A DNA stretch of 64,000 nucleotides, taken from positions 480,001-544,000 of the forward strand of contig CBDDDG010000010.1 of assembly GCA_965226555.1 (NCBI GenBank). Direction: 5' to 3'. The notes beneath the pieces are model-generated. The model did no database searches. It was given only the letters and a program-made list of their open reading frames with translations, and was not told where the DNA came from. Origin of the DNA: Salinispira sp. (GTDB lineage: Bacteria > Spirochaetota > Spirochaetia > DSM-27196 > Salinispiraceae). The first letter of the stretch is position 1; every line of letters starts with the position of its first letter. The position numbers and the translations under genes were made by a program. Shown here piece after piece: positions 1-9,175 of this stretch.

Positions 1-31
1 AGACCCTTCTCATTCGTTCCTGAAAATCCAT
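1..31 (-). CDS. 5' start of a CDS running off the window (MDFQERMRRV...)
   Basis: ATG at 31-29 preceded by a GGAGG Shine-Dalgarno; too short to identify. Confidence 0.5.
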   Translation of the reverse strand, partial: MDFQERMRRV

Positions 32-55
32 GTATATTCCTCCGTTAAGGTATAT

Positions 56-153
56 TAGAAACTTTTGCCTTGAAAAAGTTTCTAATTTGGCATGCCTCGT
101 TGCGCTTGGCATTCTCTCATTTTGTATAAAGTTTTGCCACAGGCAAAACTTTG
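56..153. repeat. AT-rich palindromic element (family A, composite hairpins)
   Basis: Contains AAAGTTTTGCCACAGGCAAAACTTTG hairpin; near reverse complement of 21553-21630. Confidence 0.8.
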
Positions 154-225
154 TCATAAAATCGATCTTTCTTTTCGGGATTCTCATCCTGTATTATATC
201 TTTGAGTATGGCGATTGTTTCTTCT

Positions 226-1176
226 GAGATCATTGCATGGCAACAGTCTCATCGGTGATATTATAGTACCGTTCATGTATCCGGAGTGTCAACATCCCAT
301 ATGAACTTTTTTGAATTTTTCTTTCGATTTTTTGCTTTCTGGCTGTAATCAGTCCTCTATGTTATGATCCTTACCATGATCAAATCTCAGGAGCACACTA
401 TGTCATTTGTCGCAGACAGTATGGAAAGACGTACACGGAAAAACACCTTCTATCGGAAAATTGACCAGATTATCGACTGGAAGCCCATTGAGGATATTAT
501 TACAGAACACGATACCCGAGGAAGCAGCGCTGTCGGCAGGGCTGCCTACCCCGGTCTGTTGCTGTTCAAAATGCTTTTGTTGGGAATGTGGAATGATCTC
601 AATAGAAGTTTTGCCTCAGGCAAAACTTTCTATAGCATAGGAGAATGCTAAGCACAGAGAAAGCATTTCGAATCTGAAACTTTTGCTATTGGAAATTGTG
701 CAAGCACAATTTTCCAAAGCAAAAGTTTTGTAGCGATTATGGCGTTGAAGATATGGTGAATGACAGCATGGGAGCATCGAATTTCTGCGGTCTTATTGTG
801 GAAGATGATGTGCCGGATCACAGTGTTCTCAGCCGTTTTCGCACAGCCATGACGAAAGCGGGAATCTTTGACCGACTGCTTAATGAAATAAACCGACAGC
901 TTGAAACGCGGGGGATTATGATTAAGAAAGCGGTTAAAGTTGATGCGAGCATTACCAGAAGTCCGAGAAAACCCCGCGGGATCGTTGATCGCACAGACAG
1001 TGATGAATGCGCTCAATCGGATAATAAATCCTTAGAGCAGGAACCGGAGAAGTTTGCGGACAGAGTAGATACCAATATGAGGTGGACGAAAAAGAATGGG
1101 GAGTTTCATTTTGGCGCGAAGAAGCATTGTCTTGCCGATGACAATGGGCTTATGGTAGCGATCGAGACCACCCCGG
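226..1176 (+). mobile_element. IS5-like element, copy 1, 3'-truncated
   Basis: Starts GAGATCATTGCAT, same as the TIR of the copy at 58896-60521; near-identical to it until the GC-rich repeat at ~1172. Confidence 0.85.
364..1176 (+). pseudogene. IS5-family transposase, frameshifted by a ~131-bp family A insertion (601-731) and truncated
   Basis: IDW, YPGLLLFKMLLL-W-DL|SD and VPDHSVLSRFR motifs, VDAS, FGAKKH; two ORFs join when 601-731 is removed. Confidence 0.85.
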
Positions 1177-1294
1177 ACGCATGGCGAGCAGGCTCGGAGC
1201 GCCGACCAGCCCGGACGCATGGCGAGCAGGCGCGGAGCGCCGACCAGCCCCTAGCCCCAGCAACAGTCGCATGGCGCGCAGGCCGATCGGCGAT
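1172..1294. repeat. GC-rich repeat (family B)
   Basis: CCCGGACGCATGGCGAGCAGGCGCGGAGCGCCGACCAGCCC units; similar copies at 2676, 4159, 5614, 7363, 11485, 20150, 21950, 23500, 25065, 26650, 26980, 59525, 61103. Confidence 0.8.
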
Positions 1295-1296
1295 AA

Positions 1297-2334
1297 TTAA
1301 TGCGATCCGTTCCGCACTGTCCGCATTTCCTCATCGCTCAGCCCGGTAATTCTCTGAACAGCCTCTGTCGACAAGCCTTCCAAAAACATACTGCGAGCCG
1401 TTTCTCGAATGCCTCTCTCCATTCCCTGCGCAAGACCTTCAACCTTGCCTCTCTCCATTCCCTGCTCAAGACCCTCAACACGGCCTTTCAGAATACCCCT
1501 TTCCATTCCCTGCTCAAGACCCTCAATCCGGCCCTTCGCAATGCCTTCCCTGACGAAGGCGTTGGTAATGTTATATGTCCGCATACTGTTTTCTCCTTCA
1601 GGGAACAGTTCCCTGTTAATTTTCTCAAACTGTTCATACAGTCCCAAATCTTTTAGATAGCCTAACACACTCTCTGCTAGATCAGTAAAGTCTTGTGATG
1701 ACAGACCGTTTAGGAGCCGCGCAATCTCTTTCAGCCCCTCAACATTCATCTCATTATCTCGCATTATATACCACAATGCAGTCGATGTATATCGTTTTTC
1801 ATCGGAACGCCATGCCAACTGCTTCTTTGTCATTCTCCTCAGATCGCGCACAATGTACGACACTTTCACCCTGACATCCACTGTGCCTTCTGTAAGGGAT
1901 TCGGAAGTTGGATTTCCATGTAAACTGTAAAATGTGAGTGGGAGGTTCCATTCATTTTTTCCGTGGTAGAGCAGAAGTATATAGATAGCATCATTTTCAT
2001 TGTACACATTGCTGTTTCTGAGGGCATATTGATAATTATCGATTTGAGTGAGAGCATGTTTATGCTGGTAGCTTTTATGCTCAATAATAAAAAGGGCCTT
2101 CCGGTCGGGGTCTGACAGGAAGGGGGCACTGACAACGAGATCGCAGTGAAGGTTCTTTTTTCCTGCAATGTAGCTGGGGTTTTCAATGCGGATTTTGTCC
2201 ATGTCCAGCTTGGCAAGCATTGTATCCTCACAGAACAGCCGCAGCAGGTCGGGAATCAGCCGGGGGGTTCTGTAGTAGGCGATCTTGAAGGCTATGTCGT
2301 GGATGTGGCATTTGCTGTGGGATGATTTTTTCAT
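1297..2334 (-). CDS. Rpn-family PD-(D/E)xK nuclease / putative transposase (array 1, copy 1)
   Basis: HDIAFK N-terminus, CDLVV..FIIEHKS, LLYHG..W, C-terminal EG repeats and ARSM..EGLS...VQRITGLS HTH-like tail. Confidence 0.85.
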   Translation of the reverse strand: MKKSSHSKCHIHDIAFKIAYYRTPRLIPDLLRLFCEDTMLAKLDMDKIRIENPSYIAGKKNLHCDLVVSAPFLSDPDRKALFIIEHKSYQHKHALTQIDNYQYALRNSNVYNENDAIYILLLYHGKNEWNLPLTFYSLHGNPTSESLTEGTVDVRVKVSYIVRDLRRMTKKQLAWRSDEKRYTSTALWYIMRDNEMNVEGLKEIARLLNGLSSQDFTDLAESVLGYLKDLGLYEQFEKINRELFPEGENSMRTYNITNAFVREGIAKGRIEGLEQGMERGILKGRVEGLEQGMERGKVEGLAQGMERGIRETARSMFLEGLSTEAVQRITGLSDEEMRTVRNGSH

Positions 2335-2768
2335 ACATACCTCCTGCTATATCTATAACGGGAGAACTGTCATTTTTAACTGTGTTTTTTGAAAGAATGT
2401 TGTGATTTTTTTTCGGGGTGTCGGGAATGGGGGGCTGGTATGCTCTGTTTTGATGCGCTTTATGCTCCCGGGGACAATGCTCAGCGCGAGGTCTTTGTGG
2501 AAATATGCATGTATGAAGTTCCTGAATATCAGGGGATTTTCGAAAGCATATTTCCAGCGTGTACCATTCCTATATATTTTTCGCTCATACCACATAAACG
2601 GGGTATGCGCGCATGGTAAATGATGTAATGAGAAAATTTTGTAAAAAGTTTTATTATTTTGGGATATTACTGTTTGACCAGCCCGGACGCATGGCGAGCA
2701 GGCGCGGAGCGCCGACCAGCCCCTAGCCCCAGCAACAGTCGCATGGCGCACAGGCCGATCGGCGATAA

Positions 2769-3818
2769 TTAATGCGATCCGTTCCGCACTGTCCGCATTT
2801 CCTCATCGCTCAGCCCGGTAATTCTCTGAACAGCCTCGGTCGACAACCCTTCCAAAAACATACTGCGAGCCGTTTCTCGAATGCCCCTCGCCATTCCTTT
2901 TGCAATGCCTTTCTGCATTCCCTGCTCAAGACCTTCAACCTTGCCCCTCTCCATTCCCTGCGCAAGACCTTCAACCTTGCCTCTCTCCATTCCCTGCTCA
3001 AGACCCTCAATCCGGCCCTTCGCAATGCCTTCCCTTACGAAGGCGTTGGTAATATTATATGTCCGCATACTGTTTTCTCCTTCAGGGAACAGTTCCCTGT
3101 TAATTTTCTCAAACTGTTCATACAGTCCCAAATCTTTTAGATAGCCTAGCACACTCTCTGCTAGATCAGTAAAGTCTTGTGATGACAGACCGTTCAGGAG
3201 CTGTGCAATTTCTTTCAGCCCCTCAGCATTCATTTCATTATCTCGCATTATATACCACAACGCAGTTGATGTATATCGTTTTTCATCGGAGCGCAATGCC
3301 AACTGCTTCTTTGTCATTCGCCTCAGATCACACACAATGTACGACACTCTCGCCCTGACATCCACCGTGCCTTCGGTAAGGGATTCGGAGGTTGGATTTC
3401 CATGCGAACTGTAAAATGTGAGTGGGAGGTTCCATTCACCTTTTCCGTGGTAGAGTAGCAGTATATAGATAGCATCATTTTCATTGTACACATTGCTGTT
3501 TCTGAGGGCATATTGATAGTCATCAATCTGAGTGAGAGCATGTTTGTGCTGGTAGCTTTTATGTTCAATAATAAACAGAGCCTTCCGCTCTGGGTCTGAC
3601 AGGAAGGGGGCGCTGACAATGAGATCGCAGTGAAGGTTCTTTTTTCCCGCAATGTAGCTGGGGTTTTCAATGCGGATTTTGTCCAGATCCAGCTTGGCAA
3701 GCGTCGTATCCTCACAGAACAGCCGCAGCAGGTCGGGAATCATACGGGGGGTTCTGTAGTAGGCGATCTTGAAGGCTATGTCGTGGATGTGGCCTGTGCT
3801 GTGGGATGATTTTTTCAT
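2769..3818 (-). CDS. Rpn-family nuclease (array 1, copy 2)
   Basis: Close paralog of 1297-2334; start placed at the ATG 7 nt after GGAGG. Confidence 0.85.
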   Translation of the reverse strand: MKKSSHSTGHIHDIAFKIAYYRTPRMIPDLLRLFCEDTTLAKLDLDKIRIENPSYIAGKKNLHCDLIVSAPFLSDPERKALFIIEHKSYQHKHALTQIDDYQYALRNSNVYNENDAIYILLLYHGKGEWNLPLTFYSSHGNPTSESLTEGTVDVRARVSYIVCDLRRMTKKQLALRSDEKRYTSTALWYIMRDNEMNAEGLKEIAQLLNGLSSQDFTDLAESVLGYLKDLGLYEQFEKINRELFPEGENSMRTYNITNAFVREGIAKGRIEGLEQGMERGKVEGLAQGMERGKVEGLEQGMQKGIAKGMARGIRETARSMFLEGLSTEAVQRITGLSDEEMRTVRNGSH

Positions 3819-3862
3819 AAACATTCCTCCTACATCTGTGACGGGTAAAATGTCATTTTTGA

Positions 3863-4078
3863 CTATGTATTTTGAAAGAATGTTGTGATTTTTTTTCGGG
3901 GTGTCGGGAATGGGGGGCTGGTATGCTCTGTTTTGATGCGCTTTATGCTCCCGGGGACAATGCTCAGCGCGAGGTCTTTGTGGAAATATGCATGTATGAA
4001 GTTCCTGAATATCAGGGGATTTTCGAAAGCATATTTCCAGCGTGTACCATTCCTATATATTTTTCGCTCATACCACAT
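3863..4078 (-). CDS. Small ORF resembling the N-terminus of a different Rpn lineage (also at ~2353-2595 and ~5307-5534)
   Basis: KYAFENPLIFRNFIHAYFHKDLALSIVPGSIKRIKTEHTS resembles the Rpn N-terminal pattern; repeated in three array-1 units. Confidence 0.4.
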   Translation of the reverse strand: MWYERKIYRNGTRWKYAFENPLIFRNFIHAYFHKDLALSIVPGSIKRIKTEHTSPPFPTPRKKITTFFQNT

Positions 4079-4251
4079 AAACGGGGTATGCGCGCATGGT
4101 AAATGATGTAATGAGAAAATTTTGTAAAAAGTTTTATTATTTTGGGATATTACTGTTTGACCAGCCCGGACGCATGGCGAGCAGGCGCGGAGCGCCGACC
4201 AGCCCCTAGCCCCAGCAACAGTCGCATGGCGCGCAGGCCGATCGGCGATAA

Positions 4252-5265
4252 TTAATGCGATCCGTTCCGCACTGTCCGCATTTCCTCATCGCTCAGCCCG
4301 GTAATTCTCTGAACAGCCTCGGTCGACAACCCTTCCAAAAACATACTGCGAGCCGTTTCTCGAATGCCCCTCGCCATTCCTTTTGCAATGCCTTTCTGCA
4401 TTCCCTGCTCAAGACCCTCAATCCGGCCTTTCAGAATGCCTTTCTCCATTCCCTTCAGAATACCCTTCGCAATGCCTTCCCTTACGAAGGCGTTGGTAAT
4501 ATTATATGTCCGCATACTGTTTTCTCCTTCAGGGAACAGTTCCCTGTTAATTTTCTCAAACTGTTCATACAGTCCCAAATCTTTTAGATAGCCTAGCACA
4601 CTCTCTGCTAGATCAGTAAAGTCTTGTGATGACAGACCGTTCAGGAGCTGTGCAATTTCTTTCAGCCCCTCAGCATTCATTTCATTATCTCGCATTATAT
4701 ACCACAATGCAGTCGATGTATATCGTTTTTCATCGGAACGCCATGCCAACTGCTTCTTTGTCATTCTCCTCAGATCGCGCACAATGTACGACACTCTCGC
4801 CCTGACATCCACCGTGCCTTCGATCATGGATTCGGAAGCAGCATTTCCATGTGAACTGTAAAATGTGAGTGGGAGGTTCCATTCATTTTTTCCGTGGTAG
4901 AGCAGAAGTATATAGATAGCATCATTTTCATTGTACACATTGCTGTTTCTGAGGGCATATTGATAGTCATCGATCTGTGTGAGAGCATGTTTATGCTGGT
5001 AGCTTTTGTGCTCAATAATGAATAGGGCCTTCCGGTCGGGGTCTGACAGGAAGGGGGCGCTGACAACGAGAGCGCAGTGAAGGTTCTTTTTTCCTGCAAT
5101 GTAGCTGGGGGTTTCAATGCGGATTTTGTCCATGTCCAGCTTGGTAAGAGTTGTATCCTCACAGAACAGCCGCAGTAGGTCGGGAATCATCCGGGGGGTT
5201 CTGTAGTAGGCGATCTTGAAGGCTATGTCGTGGATGTGGACTGTGCTGTGGGATGATTTTTTCAT
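4252..5265 (-). CDS. Rpn-family nuclease (array 1, copy 3), putative catalytic Asp replaced by Ala
   Basis: Paralog with HCALVV in place of HCDLVV. Confidence 0.85.
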   Translation of the reverse strand: MKKSSHSTVHIHDIAFKIAYYRTPRMIPDLLRLFCEDTTLTKLDMDKIRIETPSYIAGKKNLHCALVVSAPFLSDPDRKALFIIEHKSYQHKHALTQIDDYQYALRNSNVYNENDAIYILLLYHGKNEWNLPLTFYSSHGNAASESMIEGTVDVRARVSYIVRDLRRMTKKQLAWRSDEKRYTSTALWYIMRDNEMNAEGLKEIAQLLNGLSSQDFTDLAESVLGYLKDLGLYEQFEKINRELFPEGENSMRTYNITNAFVREGIAKGILKGMEKGILKGRIEGLEQGMQKGIAKGMARGIRETARSMFLEGLSTEAVQRITGLSDEEMRTVRNGSH

Positions 5266-5655
5266 AAATATCTCCTGCTATATCTATAACGGGTAAAATG
5301 TCATTTTTAATTGTGTTTTTGGAAAAAATTTTGCAAAATTTGTGATTTTTCGGGGAGTCGGGAATGGGGGGGGCTGGTATGCTCTGTGTCAATACGCTCT
5401 ATGCTCCCGGGAACAATGCTCAGCGCGAGGTCTTTGTTGAAGTATGAATATATGAAGTTCCTGAATATCAGGAGATTTTCGAAAGCATATTTCCAGCGTG
5501 TACCATTCCTATATATTTTTCGCTCATACCACATAAACGGGGTATGCGCGCATGGTGAATGATGTAATGAGAAAATTTTGTAAAAAGTTTTATTATTTTG
5601 GGATATTACTGTTTGACCAGCCCGGACGCATGGCGCGCAGGCCGATCGGCGATAA

Positions 5656-6681
5656 TTAATGCGATCCGTTCCGCACTGTCCGCATTTCCTCATCGCTCAG
5701 CCCGGTAATTCTCTGAACAGCCTCTGTCGACAAGCCTTCCAAAAACATACTGCGAGCCGTTTCTCGAATGCCCCTCTCCATTCCCTGCGCAAGACCTTCA
5801 ACCTTGCCCCTCTCCATTCCCTGCGCAAGACCTTCAACCTTGCCTCTCTCCATTCCCTGCGCAAGACCCTCAATCCGGCCCTTCGCAATGCCTTCCCTGA
5901 CGAAGGCGTTGGTAATGTTATATGTCCGCATACTGTTTTCTCCTTCAGGATATAGTTTCCTGTTAATTTTCTCAAACTGTTCATACAGTCCCAAATCTTT
6001 TAGATAGCCTAACACACTCTCTGCCAGATCAGTAAAGTCTTGTGATGACAGACCGTTCAGAAGCTGCGCAATCTCTTTCAGCCCCTCAGCATCCATTTCA
6101 TTGTCTCTCATTATATACCACAATGCAGTCGATGTATATCGTTTTTCATCGGAACGCCATGCCAACTGCTTCTTTGTCATTCTCCTCAGATCGCGCACAA
6201 TGTACGACACTCTCGCCCTGACATCCACCGTGCCTTCGATCATGGATTCGGAAGCAGCATTTCCATGTGAACTGTAAAATGTGAGTGGGAGGTTCCATTC
6301 ATTTTTTCCGTGGTAGAGCAGAAGTATATAGATAGCATCATTTTCATTGTACACATTGCTGTTTCTGAGGGCATATTGATAATTATCGATTTGAGTGAGA
6401 GCATGTTTATGCTGGTAGCTTTTATGCTCAATAATAAAAAGGGCCTTCCGGTCGGGGTCTGACAGGAAGGGGGCGCTGACAACGAGATCGCAGTGAAGGT
6501 TCTTTTTTCCTGCAATGTAGCTGGGGGTTTCAATGCGGATTTTGTCCATGTCCAGCTTGGCAAGCGTCGTATCCTCACAGAACAGTCCCAGCAGGTCGGG
6601 AATCAGCCGGGGGGTTCTGTAGTAGGCGATCTTGAAGGCTATGTCGTGGATGTGGCATTTGCTGTGGGATGATTTTTTCAT
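5656..6681 (-). CDS. Rpn-family nuclease (array 1, copy 4)
   Basis: Close paralog with the same motifs. Confidence 0.85.
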   Translation of the reverse strand: MKKSSHSKCHIHDIAFKIAYYRTPRLIPDLLGLFCEDTTLAKLDMDKIRIETPSYIAGKKNLHCDLVVSAPFLSDPDRKALFIIEHKSYQHKHALTQIDNYQYALRNSNVYNENDAIYILLLYHGKNEWNLPLTFYSSHGNAASESMIEGTVDVRARVSYIVRDLRRMTKKQLAWRSDEKRYTSTALWYIMRDNEMDAEGLKEIAQLLNGLSSQDFTDLAESVLGYLKDLGLYEQFEKINRKLYPEGENSMRTYNITNAFVREGIAKGRIEGLAQGMERGKVEGLAQGMERGKVEGLAQGMERGIRETARSMFLEGLSTEAVQRITGLSDEEMRTVRNGSH

Positions 6682-6822
6682 ACATACCTCCTGCTATATC
6701 TATAACGGGAGAACTGTCATTTTTAACTGTGTTTTTTGAAAGAATGTTGTGATTTTTTTCGGGGTGTCGGGAATGGGGGCTCGGATCCTTCGTGTGCTGA
6801 TGGATGCCGGCGCCGCGCAGCG

Positions 6823-7049
6823 TTATGGCTCGCTTTTTTTCAGAATTTCATCATACGATTTATCCGAGCGCTCAAGCATCTGAAAAATCTGCTGTAAATA
6901 TTCAAGGCGCCTTTCAGCCTTTTTTGGAGCGCCCGCCTGAAGCTTTTCCTTGCACGTGCCCACATAATCATCTACCGCCTCATGAAAGGATCTGACTACC
7001 TGCGCGTCCGTATTTCCTTCATACGATATAAGATCGCGAATACATTCAA
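6823..7049 (-). pseudogene. HicB-like antitoxin remnant cut by a family A palindrome (7050-7103)
   Basis: IRDLISYEGNT....RSFHEAVDDYVGTC resembles the HicB motif I.D.ITFEG....L..AF..AVDDYL..C. Confidence 0.45.
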
Positions 7050-7244
7050 GAAACTTTTGCATTGGAAAATTGCGCTTGCGCAATTTCCAGGAGCAAAACT
7101 TTGTCATATCGATTACACATGCAAGGCCGCTAACCGGAGGGCGGGCACGAGGCGAGCAGCATTGTTCCCGGGAGTATGGAGAGCATCAAAACAGAACTTC
7201 GTCACACAGGCGAACCAAAACATTCAGTCACCGGGTGCCGAGAA

Positions 7245-7360
7245 GGCTTTTTGATGTTGTATGCCAGCATATTGAGCGCCCATGCAACTCCCGTCCTTCG
7301 GGCATTTTCAATCGCTCCCGCACCTTCTAGATGCAATTCACGCCGCGCATGATATTCAAT
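7245..7360 (-). pseudogene. Transposase C-terminal remnant
   Basis: ...VAWALNMLAYNIKK resembles the IS5/IS1182 C-terminal AYN(L/I)K motif. Confidence 0.35.
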
Positions 7361-7438
7361 CATGGACGCATGGGTGAGACGGATGCGCAAGCATCCGACC
7401 AGCCCAGCGTTTCAGCAACAGCAGCCATGGGCGAGTTC

Positions 7439-7735
7439 TTACTGCATGGTAAAGGTATGGCCCCCGAAGGTTAAGGTGTTTCCACTAATGGTATAGTCGA
7501 CCTTTCCCGCGGCGAGCAATCCCTCTAATGCTCCCGAGCACTCACTGAGTATAAATGTTTTTTCGTCAGCTGTGTAATTACACACAGTTTCGGCGCCTTC
7601 ATACACTTCTGTGACAGTTTTATCGGTGAATGTCATCGTGTTCCCGTCTTCTCCCGTCCACACCCCTACTAAGAGCATTGAACATCCTGCTAACAGAGTT
7701 ATTGCTACAATAACTATAAAAGGTACCTTTTTCAT
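7439..7735 (-). CDS. Small hypothetical lipoprotein
   Basis: GGAGG RBS; MKK + hydrophobic stretch + LLAGC lipobox; LVGVW motif like lipocalin-like small domains. Confidence 0.7.
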   Translation of the reverse strand: MKKVPFIVIVAITLLAGCSMLLVGVWTGEDGNTMTFTDKTVTEVYEGAETVCNYTADEKTFILSECSGALEGLLAAGKVDYTISGNTLTFGGHTFTMQ

Positions 7736-7841
7736 ATGGTTACCCTCCTGTAAAATTTTCTATATGCTATTATTTTTTACCGGAGTATGGCAATAGCGAA
7801 AATATTTTTTTCACTTGATATTTGTTTCATTCCGATTTATA

Positions 7842-9085
7842 GAAACCTTTGCACATCATCGGGAATAATGGTATTCTGAGGAAAATTCACACAGAGAGCT
7901 GGGAATGAGCAATCGGGTTGTATTGCGCGCTGTCCGGCGCTGAAACGCTTCGATAGCCTGTATGAACTGATCAATTGGAAGGAAATTGGGGATATGCTCT
8001 GTGCTATCAACAACAAATCGATGGGCGCGAAAGGATATCATCCGGTTATGATGTTCAAAGTGCTGTTGCTGCAATCTTGGCAGAATCTCAGCGATGAAGG
8101 CATGGAAAATGCTCTTGCCTGCGACTTGGCATACAAGCGTTTTGTGGGGCTCAATGTTCTCGATGATACTCCCGATCATTCCACGATATGGCGGTTTCGG
8201 GAACAACTGACCCGTAAGAATATTCTCAGTGCGCTCTTGGACACGGTGAATGCGCAGTTGGACACGCAGGATTGTGAAGTGCACCGGGGCACAGTCAGCA
8301 TAATTGATGCGAGTGTCATACAGGCTTCGCGGCATCGGAAGAAAAAAAATGACGCAGGAGAATCGACACAGGATCCTGAAGCGGCCTACGCGAGTAAGAG
8401 GGGAGGCGATGGAACGGTACGAACAACCTACGGTTTCAAGATACACGTGACGGTAAATGAGAAGGGACGGGCGAAGAAACTGCTGGTGACTGCGGCCAAT
8501 ATTCATGACAGCAAACTATTTGGCGAATTGATTATGGGAAATGAGACGGTGGTGTACGCGGATGCCGCGTACCGGAGTAAAGCGATTGCTGCGATGCTTG
8601 AGGAGATGGGCATAGAGAATCAGATACATGAGCGGGCGTATCGGAACACACCGTTAACCGATGAACAGAAGCAGGCGAATTACGGGCGGTCGCGCGTAAG
8701 GAATACGGTGGAGCGGTTTTTTGGTCTGAGCAAACTCCATTGCGGCGCAAGAAAGGCGCGGTATATGGGAGTTCAGAGGAATCAGAGTCGGTTTATGTGT
8801 ATGGCGATTATGTATAATCTGAAACAGATGATCGGCATGAAACGGCGAATGGGGAACATGGCGCCGGAACGCTCTGCGGTTGCGGCATAACAACAGGATA
8901 GCTGTGCCCTTATGGCGGTACTGCTGCCGGAAATGAGGGAAATACTGAAAAAAGAATGAATTTTAGAGTTTTTGGTATACAAAGGGTGGAGAATAGTGTA
9001 TTCTGAATCTTAAGAACCGATGAATAATTTTTTCTGCGTGGAAAAAAGACTACCGGCAGATATAATGGAGTTATTCAAAAGTTTC
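7842..9085 (+). mobile_element. IS5-family element with TIRs and a 5-bp TSD (TTATA)
   Basis: Left end GAAACCTTTGCA, right end TTCAAAAGTTTC; TTATA at 7837-7841 and 9086-9090. Confidence 0.8.
7994..8890 (+). CDS. IS5-family DDE transposase (true start probably somewhat upstream)
   Basis: WQNLSD, PDHSTIWRFR, IIDAS, YGFKIH, YADAAY, RNTVERFFG, YNLK; open frame continues upstream (LYELINW) to a TGA at 7877. Confidence 0.9.
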   Translation: MLCAINNKSMGAKGYHPVMMFKVLLLQSWQNLSDEGMENALACDLAYKRFVGLNVLDDTPDHSTIWRFREQLTRKNILSALLDTVNAQLDTQDCEVHRGTVSIIDASVIQASRHRKKKNDAGESTQDPEAAYASKRGGDGTVRTTYGFKIHVTVNEKGRAKKLLVTAANIHDSKLFGELIMGNETVVYADAAYRSKAIAAMLEEMGIENQIHERAYRNTPLTDEQKQANYGRSRVRNTVERFFGLSKLHCGARKARYMGVQRNQSRFMCMAIMYNLKQMIGMKRRMGNMAPERSAVAA

Positions 9086-9175
9086 TTATAGTATGAACAG
9101 TTCGGATGTATAATGAAGCATACGGACTCATAGAAACTTTATCATAATTATCAATGAGTATTCTACCATAGGAGG

